A DNA stretch of 64,000 nucleotides from Bugula neritina (taxonomy: Eukaryota; Animalia; Bryozoa), in NCBI GenBank assembly GCA_964035545.1, contig OZ037773.1, positions 8,461,751-8,525,750 on the forward strand, given 5' to 3'. This document shows positions 1 through 12,708 of this stretch, piece by piece. The translations under genes and the position numbers were made by a program. The notes under the pieces were generated by a model. It was not told the DNA's origin. It worked only from the letters and a program-made list of their open reading frames with translations, and searched no databases. Positions within the stretch are counted from its first letter, which is position 1. Each line of letters opens with the position of its first letter.

Positions 1-3000
1 AGATAAAGTGTTCAAAGCGGAGAGTGAGTACAGAGTGGTCTCCGAGAAACTAACCGAGACGGACAGAAATCTGGCCAATCAGCAAAATGCGGTACTAAGT
101 CTATATGTCGTCTGCTAGATTTTTCTTCTCTCTTTCTTAGTATTTAGCTAAAACGAATTCGATGTACAACATCCTTTATAGAATAAAAACCATGATGGGC
201 ATCACAAATAATAGTTGCATTGCGACGTGAGAGGAGTTGTCTTCTAATTTATCGAGTAACATAGAGCTGTAAAGGGTTGTTTAGTACTTATGTCCTGAGT
301 ACGTTTCAGATGAAAGGGTTGACAGAGAAGATGAACTACATGGAGAGGGCAGAGGAGACATATAAGCAGCAGATGCACGACACAAATGAGAGAAGCTCCA
401 AGGTAGGTGTGAGGTCCACTTTTAGCAGCTCTACTCTAACATGACTGGATGTACACAAGGTAGGTGTGAGGTCAACTTTTACAGTTCTACTCTAACATGA
501 CTGGATGTACACAAGGAAATTTTGTGAGTCACTCAAAGGAAGGCAGAAAGTTAAACAAAGGAGTGATGATTCAGCTTAATTATTATCATTTTCATTCCGA
601 TTTACATTAACATCCTGAGAGAATTATACATTTGAAACCAGTACATATATAGATTTACTATTCATCAAATATAATTAACCAATCCTTAATGCCAATTGTT
701 TTTAATAAAATATGATATGCAACTAAAACCATAAGTCGCAAGATAAAAAACTTTAAAATGATGCAATTGCAAGGAGTTGATCCTAATTAAAAATATTTTT
801 TATTTGAATAAAACTTTCAAATTAGATGTTGACTTTCAAACTTCAACAATAAATATCATATAGATGAGTAGAATGCATTTCAACTGTCTTATAGCTAATC
901 ATGAAACTTGTAATAATTTCAGTTTGACCAGATGGCCCAGGACTACAAGAGGTCTTTGAGCAAGATGCAGATGGATAATGACAAGCTGGAACATGATTTG
1001 TCAAGTTACGCTGATAAGGAGAGACAACTACAACAGCAACTCAAGGAAGCTGAAGATCGGGTAAATGACATCCAATATTATATATGGCTCTCTTAGATAT
1101 AATACGTTTAATTAACATGACGATATTAAACCCGCTATCGTCTGCTCCGGCTAATAACCCGGATGTGAACGCAGGTAGTAGAGCTGAACAGCACGGTGGC
1201 CAGAATGCAGGCAGAGAATACGCAGATGGAGAGAGCCATGGCCGAGTCCAAGAGAATGAAAGACAAACTGGGACAAGTTGAGCGCAAAGCAGCCGACTAC
1301 CACCGCCATTCAAATCTCATGCAGCAGGAGGCTCAGAACATTAGCCAAGAGCTAAGGGCAGCCACTGAGAAAGAGAGGTTAGTTTATAGGGTGGTTAGCT
1401 TACGCCCCATTCATGGTGACGTGGTACACTGCTAAGTACTGGTCCAGTGACCACTTGAGTGTTATAATGTGCCATATTGAGTTATATTGTGTCATAACTG
1501 AATTGTAATGTATCATAACTGAGTTATAATGTGTCACAGCTGAGTTATAATGTGTTACAATCAGGTTATAATGTATCATAACTGAATTATAGCAATAACT
1601 AACAGCGTGAAAAAGTAAGACCCAATTTGGTACTAATTTATGAAAGTGAACAGCCCAAGGTGTGCAAGTTTTGAAGTTATGCTTTAAGAATGTTACAAGA
1701 ATATTAGTTACACCAATTTCAGGTGAAAATGGCACACTGATGTTAAATTTACCCACACCCCAGCCTCCAAACTCAAACCTCCAGTATTGAAAATGTGCCA
1801 TTTTTACCTACTTTTCCATTTGTGCCATTTTTACCGGACACTAGTTGGACCATAGGTTGATATAGTATGGGCTTTAAAACCACAGTCATTAAGTAGGAAG
1901 CTTTTTTCCAACTCTAAATACATTTGAGGCTGCCACTTAAAGGGTGTTGGAATATTATCATCTAGCACGGGGATGTTACATTCACAGATACCTAAATGAG
2001 AAACTTGTGGAAGTTGAGTCGAAGGCCCAACAGCTGGTGAGACAAGAAGAGAGGATAGAAGAGCTAGAGAAAGAGTTGGCAGTTTACTCTGAGAACCATC
2101 GCATGATAAGCGGACAGTTGAGAGAATCGGACATGTCTAAACACCAACTTGAACAACAGGTGACATGAATATTGTCAGAACTGAGCGACTGAGTGAGCAG
2201 ATGAGATAGTGACTGAGTGAGTGAGTGACTGAGTGAAATAGTGACTGAGTAAAGTAGTGAGTGAGTGGGTGAGTGAGTGGGTAAGTCACTGGGTTAGCGT
2301 AAAGCAAAAATGATGGAGTGTGCTAGTGAGTCACTAACTACTGGTAAAGCATATTCAAAATGAATCAACGATATTGAGCCAGCCCTGCAGACTTCTAAGA
2401 AATAATCCTAAATACCAAATGCATTTGCAAAGAACTTCCCAGATAACTAGTCATACTGATAAAAGAGAGCGCTACCTAATCAAATCTTTGGTTCAAATTA
2501 ATAACTGTAGAATTTTCTACAGATTAAACTTCTACAATTCTTGTTGAAACACCTCAGTGGAGATGATGCATATAAGGCCATAGACCAAGTAACGCAACAC
2601 TTGAACTTATGTAATCTAGAATAATCTTTTACCCGACAGGTGAAGAGACTCACAGTAGAGAATGAGAGTCTGTTTGAGGCAAATGAAACAATTCGGAGGC
2701 TGAATGAAGATTTGGCAGCTTCAGAAAGTAAATGTTCCGAGTACGAGGCAAAGGTGAGACATTAGGATATATGGGAAACGATATGATAACTCTACATTAC
2801 ACTGAAAATTAATACAGAACTTGTATTCAACTATTGTCAGTACTAACTTAAAATACATTCAGCAATTAAAAGTCTTTGGATGTTGCTAACAAACTTAAAC
2901 CAACCCTGTGTACAAATATTTAATGCCATAACACAAGCTCCACAATAAAAAACTCACGAAAGTTTATAGTCACCATCTCTGTGTGAAACCCCTGATGAAT

Positions 3001-3524
3001 AGGGCTTTTTTTAAAGTGGGCTAAGGACTTATTTGTCTATGAGGCACAGGAGCAATTATGACTGGATACTCTTCTTAACATCACCAATGGCCTTTACTGG
3101 GGTTCAAACCCATAACTTCGTGTTTATTAGGCCAAAAACTCAAGCCTTTAGCCTACGGTTCCTAACATGAGAGCCACAATACAGGGGAGGCAACTGCCTA
3201 GAATTCGCCGTATTAAATTATTGCTGATTAGTAAGATTATGTTGTCCTTCCATACCACTGAATTATTCTAATGCATGCAAAAGTTCTCAAGAAAAAAGAT
3301 TTATGACCTTAACTTCAGTAGCCTAAATTTAGCTCAAAATGATAGCCCGCCTCCTTAATAGTTACCAGCCAGAACTCAATCTTGGGCTAATATTTCAGAT
3401 AGGCCATTTGAATGAAAGGATAGAAGATTTGGAGGGACAAGTACAGGAGCAGAAGGAGGCATACGGGGAGTTGTATACTCAGATGACGGTGGAGCTGAAA
3501 GATCTCCAACACAGCGGATACTGA
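1..3524 (+). CDS. Tropomyosin-like long coiled-coil protein, 5'-partial (exons <1-91, 310-402, 923-1060, 1175-1377, 1988-2159, 2640-2753, 3399-3524)
   Basis: Seven exons join in phase at GT-AG sites into about 311 aa of E/K/Q/L-rich, proline-free heptad sequence. The C-terminus ...IEDLEGQVQEQKEAYGELYTQMTVELKDLQHSGY* resembles the invertebrate tropomyosin end (..DRLEDEL..EKEKY..ELxGY). Confidence 0.8.
400..513 (+). repeat. Tandem duplication (about 57 bp x2) that includes the splice donor AAG|GTAGGT
   Basis: aaggtaggtgtgaggtc...ctctaacatgactggatgtacac occurs twice. Confidence 0.85.
1457..1592 (+). repeat. Intronic 21-bp minisatellite (gagttataatgtgtcataact-like)
   Basis: About 6 degenerate copies. 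Confidence 0.8.
2180..2290 (+). repeat. Degenerate (GAGT)n microsatellite
   Basis: gactgagtgagtgagt runs just after the exon 5 donor. Confidence 0.75.
2948..3173 (-). mobile_element. tRNA-derived SINE, copy 1
   Basis: The reverse complement matches the copies at 24115 and 26771 (B-box gggtttgaacccc, body ggccattggtgatgttaagaagagtatccagtcataattgct, T-run tail). Flanked by ccacaata at 2940-2947 and 3174-3181. Confidence 0.85.
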
Positions 3525-4082
3525 GAGTCTATACAATACAACTACTAGACGCTGCTACAATGTGGACTATGAATACAACCAGTGTAACCAAACAACACCA
3601 AACTCATATCATAGGAAGTTGAATTACAAACTGAATATCTACTAGACAGCATCAGTTTGACAATGCACTGAGTCAAATGGCAAGCAACAAGTAGAATACA
3701 TACACTGTGAACATAACTACTCACCTACTAGTATACTACTGATATAATTAGATTTGATAAGCTATATATTTGAGAGTTTCAGCAATACTCTAGCTCAAAG
3801 CAACAGGAATTATCAAGTTTTGGGAGAATGGCACAAAGTAATTTGCAAGTTCGATTTCGTTCAATTCACTAAATATAACTTAATATACAGTATGGTAAGC
3901 ATTAACGTCTTTAGACAGCTTTCTACGTCAAGTAGCTATGCTGCCAATGTTTATTGGCAAGTGTGGCTAAGTGTTGAGGTTTTATTATAAGTTAGTTTTG
4001 ACTTTTTATTACAGTTATAGATGATAAAATATACTTACATAAGTAACATTATCTACACAGTTCTAATTATACAACAAAATAT

Positions 4083-6941
4083 TCATCTCTTTTTGTACAA
4101 ACAAGGGGCTAATGAAATGTCAGCTACTTTACTCTTTCTCTGTTTACCAGTAACAGCCTTTGGTTGAGTTTTTTTGAAAGTCAGCGTGGCAAAATGAGTC
4201 ATATCCGTGTTGCAACTCGTGCATTTGAATCCAATAGACTCGACACCGTCTGAGAAAGTCTTCATGTCCCTGTTAAACCGACTGGACACCTTTATAACAA
4301 AAATAATGTAAGACATTCTATCTGGAACATTATAGTTTAGACGCTCCAGTTTTACACATTTGGTAGGACAACTCTCAATCATTATTTAAGTATTGGATGT
4401 TTAATAAATGCACACAACTAGTTAAGATGTCTAGTTAATGTTTTATTACAATGACCAGAGTAAAAGTAACTACTCCATTACAAATCTATAATTTGACCTT
4501 CATATTCATGTGCCCGGCTAAACTACCACAGAAATGATTATAGTACACCTACACCTAGTACACCTACACCTAGTACACTTACTCTGTGTACACCTACACC
4601 TAGTACACTTACTCTATGTACTACTAGATAAATAGGTGTATTATAAATTCCATACAATTTCAACACAGCTCCATATAATATATATGCTGTAAGACAATCC
4701 CACACAAAAATACGACAGGAAAAGGATATGCCAGGATAGACTGAGTGAACTGAGCCTGTAGAAGGTGGGGCAGAGCCCCATACCCACCTCAGATATCCAC
4801 AGAACCCCCTCAGCTGCTAGAACCCTGTGAGACTCCTGTATGAACTGTGTTATGTTAGTTCCCATCAGTGACAGACAAAACACCACTATGTTGACAGATC
4901 CACTCTGAAATACACAGAACCTAATAGTCTAACAAATGAATACCTTTCTGAGGTAGACAGGAAATAGTAGTAACAGATGCTTGTAGAGTTGTGTGAGTAG
5001 ATGATATCAGTTACCAAATATCTGTAGAAAACAGTTACTTGAAGAAAGCTATCTATAGAAAGTAACTATCTGTAGAAAGTAGCTATCTGTAGAGAGTAAT
5101 CTGTAGCAAGTCATTTGTAAAAAGCTATCCATAGAAAGCAGTTACCTGTAAAGGTGTGTTGGCCATATCAGCAACTGTCACTCTCTCATTCAAAGCTTTC
5201 ATATCAAAGGAGTAGACTTTGTGAGGAACTGATGCGGCTAGCACTGCCTCGCCACACCCCATATCAGCTACCACAAAGTGTCTGCAATTAGGAGTTGTAA
5301 TAACATGGTAATATAGCTAAAAGTGAAAGAAGTAGCTGCGTATTACATTTACATTGTGTGTTCGTATGTGTGTGTCGAGTGTTTGTGAGTTTGATTCAGC
5401 AAGTTGAAGGCAATGTTAATGACAACTTTTACAAATAAAATGGAAAGCAACTCCAACATGACATATTAAATTCAAGTACATTGCTATGCTGACCAGAGTA
5501 AGCAAAAAGAGCTGCAACTTGATTTCTTATAGTAAACCAAACCTGTGGAGAAAGCAAATGCTCAATTCTTCTAGCTGTTTAACTTGCAAAAAAATTCTTT
5601 TTATTAACCGGAAATGTTTTTCTAAACTTTAAAAGTGACTACTGAGCAACAGGAAACCGGGGAAGTTACTTACTATACCAGTTACTTACTTATGAATGAC
5701 TTACTATCCCAGTTACTTCAGCACTAAGATCTCAATTCAACATAAACATACTCAAGTTATTATTTGACATACATACTTGGGTTTTGACTTGACAAATTTA
5801 ATTGCGAGATCTATAGGTTTGACAGGCCACTTCTCAATCTGCTTCCTGTAACCCTGATGGTACACATCGTAAGAACTGGGGTCAGAGTTGAACAGCGTCA
5901 TCGCCTCCTTGCTGTCACTCGTGTACAGCATCTCATTCAGGTAGCGGAACCTCGCTGCTGCTAGCCTGTCCTTCAAATGACCTTGACTACTTTGAGTTGA
6001 GGATTTACTAGTTTTAGAAAGTTCATCTGTCTTTTTATTGGACGCAGAAGATTTAGAAGGATTTTCTTTACCTCTTTTCCGCTTTTTCCTTTTGGATTCT
6101 GATAACATAAGACAAAAAGTAGTATCACTGTGACTATGCTATTTATCAGATGCTGTTATAAAAGCATTCGGAGAAAGATAACTCTTAAATACCTAATTTA
6201 AAAAGTTTGGTGGATTGCAATACACAATACTATCCATGAAATATGCATAAATTTAGCAGTTTTAAAAATGATATAATAATGAAGATGCGTGGTTTAGAGC
6301 TAGTACGGTCAGTCCAAGAATCATGCGCAATCTCAAAACTGTGATGTAAAGACTAAAGCAACATACGCTGACAGGTACGGAGCATGAACTTTCTTTTGTA
6401 ATATCCTACAAACCTAATCACCGAGAAAGTATTAAACTAGTATTAAACTATCACTATATTCACAGCTTTACCTGCAAGCTATTTACAGCCTTACTCGCAA
6501 AATATTAACAACATGACCTGAAAAATATTCATAGCCCTACCTGCGGTTGTCATCTTCTCTTTAGACCCGTCGTATTTGACTTTGGATTCATCTTTCAACT
6601 TTCTTTACAACCTGCTTGCCTTCAAAACTACCAGTGTGTGCGGCTGTACCATCATTAAATTTTTTATTTGAACTAAAAGTAAGTTTTAATGCCACTAATA
6701 GTAAGTTAGTAATCAATCATTTTTAACTAGTAATAACTACTAATTTTTTTCAATTTTTCAGTGTAAAAGTTCACACTACCCATCACAACATAGAACCTAT
6801 GATATTACAAAGATGCAAACCAGAACATTAAATACAAGGAATATAAAAAGGCACATCTGTTACTAAATGTAGCTGTATAGCCTACCATGCTTTGGGACTC
6901 GACTGTGGTTCAAACAATTTTTTCAACTTAGCTCTATTCAT
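4083..6941 (-). CDS. RRP8: Ribosomal RNA-processing protein 8 (nucleomethylin, SAM-dependent rRNA methyltransferase); exons 6941-6886, 6672-6541, 6098-5777, 5281-5146, 4904-4788, 4289-4083
   Basis: Motifs LAAARFRYLNEMLY, YHQGYRKQIEKWP, VVADMGCGEA (SAM-binding), VFCLSLMGTN, EVSSRF and C-terminal LAPCLYKKR are typical of RRP8. The first two coding exons are less certain because of an apparent 1-nt frameshift near 6590. Confidence 0.93.
5020..5148 (+). repeat. Degenerate ~17-bp intronic repeat (agaaagtagctatctgt)
   Basis: About 7 copies abutting an RRP8 splice donor. Confidence 0.65.
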
Positions 6942-7589
6942 ATTCACCAAGATCCTGCGACACTGGCTAAAACAATAGAATCAAAATTAGGTCGATGAAA
7001 ATAGTAGAAAAAAAAATTAATTAAATCTGAAATAAATTTGAATTTAGATTGCTTTTCCTGAAAAATGCTAAATATTAATATTGACCATCATCATAATCAT
7101 AATGATAATCACTCATAATGATAATCATAATGGCAACCGCAATGCTATCACTATCAGTATCAGTATCACAAGTTGAAGTCAACCTAAATTGTTAAAAGTA
7201 AAATGTATAGATTTGATAAATCCATACATTTGCCAACAACTTCATTATGATTATTATGTTAAAATAAATACTTACTAATAGTACTACTATTAGTATTACT
7301 ATTTATTTACTTTTACTTTTAGACTTTAGTACAACTTGAAGTTGAACTACAACCACAATGACAATCACTCAATGTGAATGTGAAACTGAATGTGAATGCA
7401 TTAGCATATGTAAATTGTAAGTACAGTTAGTGTTACTTAGTTAGTGTAATAGCAATTCTAATAGTCACACTCGTACTCATGGTGTTAACTTAACGTATTA
7501 CTATTAATATTAGTATTAGTAAAACAATGTCTTGCATATTGACTCATACTCCTAGTGATAGTCATTGAGTTAGACAGTTTAACTTTGAG

Positions 7590-7830
7590 CATACCTACAG
7601 CCACGTGGGTTTTGTTTTGCTAAGAAAGCTAGCCTCTACTAACTATTTTTTGTGATAAAATTATTTTAACAACAATAATTGAAAAATATTTTTTTATTTT
7701 TTTAAATTATTTATTTTTTTTAAAAAAAAATTTGAACAGAATTATGTTTAAATAGTGTTTTTTGTAGGCTAGCAAAAAATTTCCGGTAATGCTGCGTCCT
7801 TGGAGATTTTAGGTAATTAAATATAATTAT
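7590..7830. promoter_or_regulatory. Putative bidirectional promoter core between RRP8 (-) and Tectonic (+)
   Basis: Head-to-head genes, CACGTG near 7602, poly(dA:dT) block at about 7680-7735, and a candidate first-exon donor AG|GTAATT at 7812. Confidence 0.5.
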
Positions 7831-8597
7831 AATTTGTAAGTTTTATTTTCATATTTTAAATTATTTAATTATTAAATTGCATTTGCAGTAATTGTTGGTT
7901 TTTAATGAATAAAGGTATCACTGTTATAATCACTCTAATATTTATTCTGACTCTAGGAGTCGGTGTAATAATAATAATCGCAAGAATTTTGATAATCATA
8001 ATGATAATGATAATTATGATTATGATATTTATATTAAATTTATTTTTAATTCAATTGCTTAAAGTTTCTGTTACTCTGTTAGTGTTGCAGTAGTCAGTAA
8101 GGATTACTGAGTAAAGAAAAAGCAATCACTAAATTTATTGTAATACTCACGGTAATAGCTATGCTTATAGTTCTACTTATACTTAGACTTATAGTAAAAC
8201 TAAGTGTAATACTAATAATAATATCAATATGACTTTATATTATTGCCAAACTGAAGCAGATGACCAAAAACCAATATTAAAATTATTGATTGGTAATGTT
8301 TGATTATCTGCTTTTTTTATTTTTATTATTATTCCCATTATTATGTTATGAATACTCTACTTATAAGAAATAAATAAACTTCTAACTTTTGTTTGTGTAT
8401 TACTGGTAGTGGTGATAATATCATGTTACAGAGAACATTTTGTTAGTTTATCAACATTCTTAATTACACATTTTGCATATTGTGAAATAAGAACTAAGGC
8501 TTTGAGAATTTAAAGTGAGATTCAATTTCAATTCCGAAGCAGTAATTGGCAAACAGCAAATTTTAATTCTAATGAGTAATAAGTGCTTTGTTCAAGT

Positions 8598-11500
8598 ATG
8601 CTGGCATTAAACTATTCAGCTTTTACAATATTTCTGGATTTTAGTTTTGGTGAGTCAGGAGTACAGTGTTTGTCATGAATATCCCACATATACTCTTTCT
8701 CTGGTTAATTTACCTGTCTTGTGCTAGTACTCAGTCTGTTATGAACAACACTAATGATACTGACGCCAATGCTACCGCTGTTTCAAGGTCAGTTGCAAAT
8801 CTGCTGCCCCACTGTAGCTTTATAACTCTACTTTAGTTCTACCAATGTATTTATGCGTTTGGTTAACTGTTTAACTTCATCCGTTTTACTGATTGAAGTT
8901 GAATATATTCAGCAAGTGATAGTGGAGTGGCGTACACCAGTCAATATTATTCTTTTTAATAACAGCGCCACACCTACATTGCCCGTCACACTGCCAGTGA
9001 CTACACCCTTTGTACCAGTGACTGTAAGACTAGATTCTGACCTAGAATTTGGGGTGAATAGAGTTGTGCCATTCTGTACATGTGACATAACTCCGACTGC
9101 ATGTGACGTCAACTGTTGTTGTGATGAAAAGTGTTCTGCAGACGCGAGGGAAGCTTTTACTTCCTGTGACGAGTTGTCACAGTTGGCAAGTACCTACTCT
9201 GTCTGCCTACCCAACAGTGCTCTCTTCCTACAAAACTCTCCCTTCGTGGTGAGTCAACATCTAAATACATGCCCTTATCTATTATATAGCGAGACTAATT
9301 TGACAATAATGCAAGTGATAGGTATAGAAGTTGTCTGATCATAGTGCGAGAAAATATGTAGTTCACAAGCTCAAAATCATATTAAGTAAACGGCACACAA
9401 GTTAGTTATTTCTAGTTTGTTTATATGACAAATGTGTGCTAGTTTTGTCAGCTGTAAACTGTTTTGTAGCGAGTCTGGACTAAATTGAGGGAAGGTTTAA
9501 AAGTTTGTCATATTTTTAGTCTGAGACTGTTGGAAACTCAGTGTGTTTAACAGAGAGTAGCCAAGCAGAAGATTTCTTAAACATTCCTCAAATTATCAGA
9601 GAAGAGGATGTTTTTGATGAGTACATCAGGTGAGGACTATAATATACTGATTGTTAGTGTATTAGTAATCAGTATACTAGTAGTCAGCATACTAGTAGTT
9701 AGTGTACTAGTAGTCAGTATACTAGTAGTCAGTGTACTAGTAGTTAATGTTCTAGTAGTCAGTGTACTAATAGTTAATGTTCTAGTAGTCAGTATACTAG
9801 TAGTCAGTGTACTAGTAGTCAGTGTACTAGTAGTCAGTATACTAGTAGTCAGTATACTAGTAGTCAGTATACTAGTAGTCAGTATACTAATAGTTAGTAT
9901 ACTAGTAGTTAGTATACTAGTAGTCAGTATACTAGTAGTTAGTATACTAGTAGTCGGTATACGAGTAGTCAGTATACTAGTAGTCAGTATACTAGTAGTC
10001 AGTATACTAATAGTTAGTATACTAGTAGTCAGTATACTAGTAGTCAGTATACTAGTAGTCAGTATACTATTACTCAGACTATATAATTTTCTCCGCAGAC
10101 GTCACACTAGCTCTTACTCATACTCGCCTGCTGCGGACAGCTCAGATGCTGACACTGCAGAAGAAGTAAACTATAAACACGGAGACATTGTCTATATTCT
10201 AAGTGATCAGAATTTGAGAGCTACATTGACCTTACCGGGTGACGCAGGAGCCCTCCCTTCATCTTCCACATGTCTATCCAATTTCCCGGCTATGTTTCTG
10301 ATCAACAGTCACACATCCTGCAAGCAAGAGCTAACAAACTGCATTGCTTTAGGTGGGGTAGTTTTGTGTCTTTCTCCGTATTATCAATTGCCTTGAGTCA
10401 TAAATAGTATGAGAAGAAACTGTACCACTGTATGTTTTATGCTTTATTTCTATTCCATTATTTCTATAAAGACAACATGTTATTAAATAGATAGAAACTA
10501 AAGATTTGCTCTTTTCCAGACTAAACAGTAGTATGATGATGAATAATTCAACTATTATATATTTACACTATTGCTTTATCCGAAAATATTATGTTGCTAC
10601 ATGGTGATATTATCATCTCATTGTATCGTAAAGTTGTCATCTCATTATATTGTGAAGTTATCACCTCATTGCATTGTGAAGTTGTCATCTCATTGTATTG
10701 TAAAGTTGTCATCTTATTGTATTGTGAAGTTATATCATTGTATGGCTTTTATGTTCCAGGACGAGGTACTGCAGTAGAAGACTACACACCAGCTAAGTTT
10801 AGAGTTATCAGCTCTCCCTACTTGGCGTCAGCCAATGAAATCTCAGTCAACTCACTCATAGATGTGGTTATCGATACAAGCAAAGGTTCATTATACAAGA
10901 CCAACCTTGACCCAACTACTGGCATTTGTTACAATGTTGTTACCAAGGTAACAGTAACCTTGACCTAAGTGTTATTGGTCAAGTCTTACTTGTAATATAT
11001 ACAACAGCATAAGGAGTATAAGTATTTATGTTAAATTTACCAACCTCTTTGGTCAATTTAAACACTATATAATTACATAGCAAACTACTAAATAAAAGAA
11101 AAACTCATAAGAAAAAGTGGAAAACTCACTAAACCATGACTTTTACTCCATTCTCTTGTTTTATTGGTTTATTCTATTTGCCTAATTTCTGTTTGGTCAA
11201 TAAATTAAATAGCTATAGAAACAGAATAATTCGAAGTTTTTATGAGCTATCAAAGTTTTTCTTTGTTTAAAATAAACCTCATTACTAGCAAGAGCATATA
11301 ATTACAGAATATTTCACGGCTCTATTAAATTTGGGTTTCCAAAACTGTTTTGCAGAAATACTATATTAATCTGTAGTAGTAGATGTCTGGCAATTCTACT
11401 TGAAATCGAATCAATGTGAAGTTGTCTTATCATTCTATATGCAGGTGAAATATACAATACAACACACAGCCGGAGTCATACAGCGGGTATCATTAGCCTT

Positions 11501-12625
11501 AGAAACCTCAGATTTCAACAGCACGGTAACCAGTATCTCACAAGAGTTTGCGGTGACGTACACAGAAAGTAATAAGACCACCCAACCCACTTTATCTCGC
11601 AGTGGGAATCCAGGCTACATTATTGGTGAGTTTTGACATTATAGACTGTGTTCTATAATATAATGTATATGTCGGTATAATTACTGTGATAGTGAATGTG
11701 TTACCTTTAATATGCAAGTCATTCTAATACCGGCTAAACTCCAGCCTTCAACAGTGACATATTCTACTGAACAGGCAGGTGCTTGGCAGGTGCTTGTCTA
11801 ATAACTAGTAACCTGTGAATATATGCAACACCATCCAATCAAATGAATCAAATTTGATACAGGTTCAATCAGTGCATCTTATTTACTTATATGTATATTA
11901 ATATCTTAATATATTATTATATGATTTATCAATATAGTGTGTATCAATATATAAAATAGATGAATTTATGAGAGATCAAAATATTTACAGGTAGACCAGT
12001 CATATCAGGTTGGGTGACAGGAAGTGCTGACTTCGTCTCTCTGGATGATGCTGACTCAACACTCAGGGTTCTGTCACCTTCTGTTAGCAGTAAGTTTTCT
12101 AGAATATATGATATGTAAAAGAGTAGAATATATGATATGTAGAAGAGTAGAATATATGATATGTAGAAGAGTAGAATATATGATATGTAGAAATGTAAAA
12201 TATATTATATAGAAGTGTAGAATATATTATGTAGAAGTTTAGAATATATTATGTAGACATGTAAAATATATAATATGTAGACATGTAGAATATGTTATGT
12301 AGAAGTGTAGAATATATTATGTAGATGTGTAGAGTATAATATGTAGACATGTAGAATATAATATGTAGACATGTAGAATATGTTTATTATTTGCCAGACA
12401 ACTGTGACCAATTCAGTAGGCTGTCAGTGACTTTTGGTGAAGATTTAGTCTCGTCTTGTATTCTGCAAATGGCCGCACAGGAAACTGCCACGTCATCGAA
12501 GTGTGCTCGGAATTTTCAACAGGCGGAAACCTTTTTGTTTGACGAGTCATTAAATAGTTCAACTTACATATCTACATTTGGTAAGTACTATACCTATATA
12601 TATCTATATTTATATATCTATACAC

Positions 12626-12708
<83 letters not shown>

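Noticed and set aside
2980-3010. CTGATGA hammerhead core in SINE copy 1
   Set aside because: The other two copies read CTGATGG and CTGATAG, and no valid stems or downstream GAAA are present.
7905-8093. 62-aa hydrophobic small ORF
   Set aside because: By-product of the hexamer periodicity (NTN codons); no other sign of coding.
9608-10396. 262-aa ORF with (SILVV)n resembling a membrane protein
   Set aside because: It is a read-through of a 15-bp intronic minisatellite; only 10099-10352 is a true Tectonic exon.
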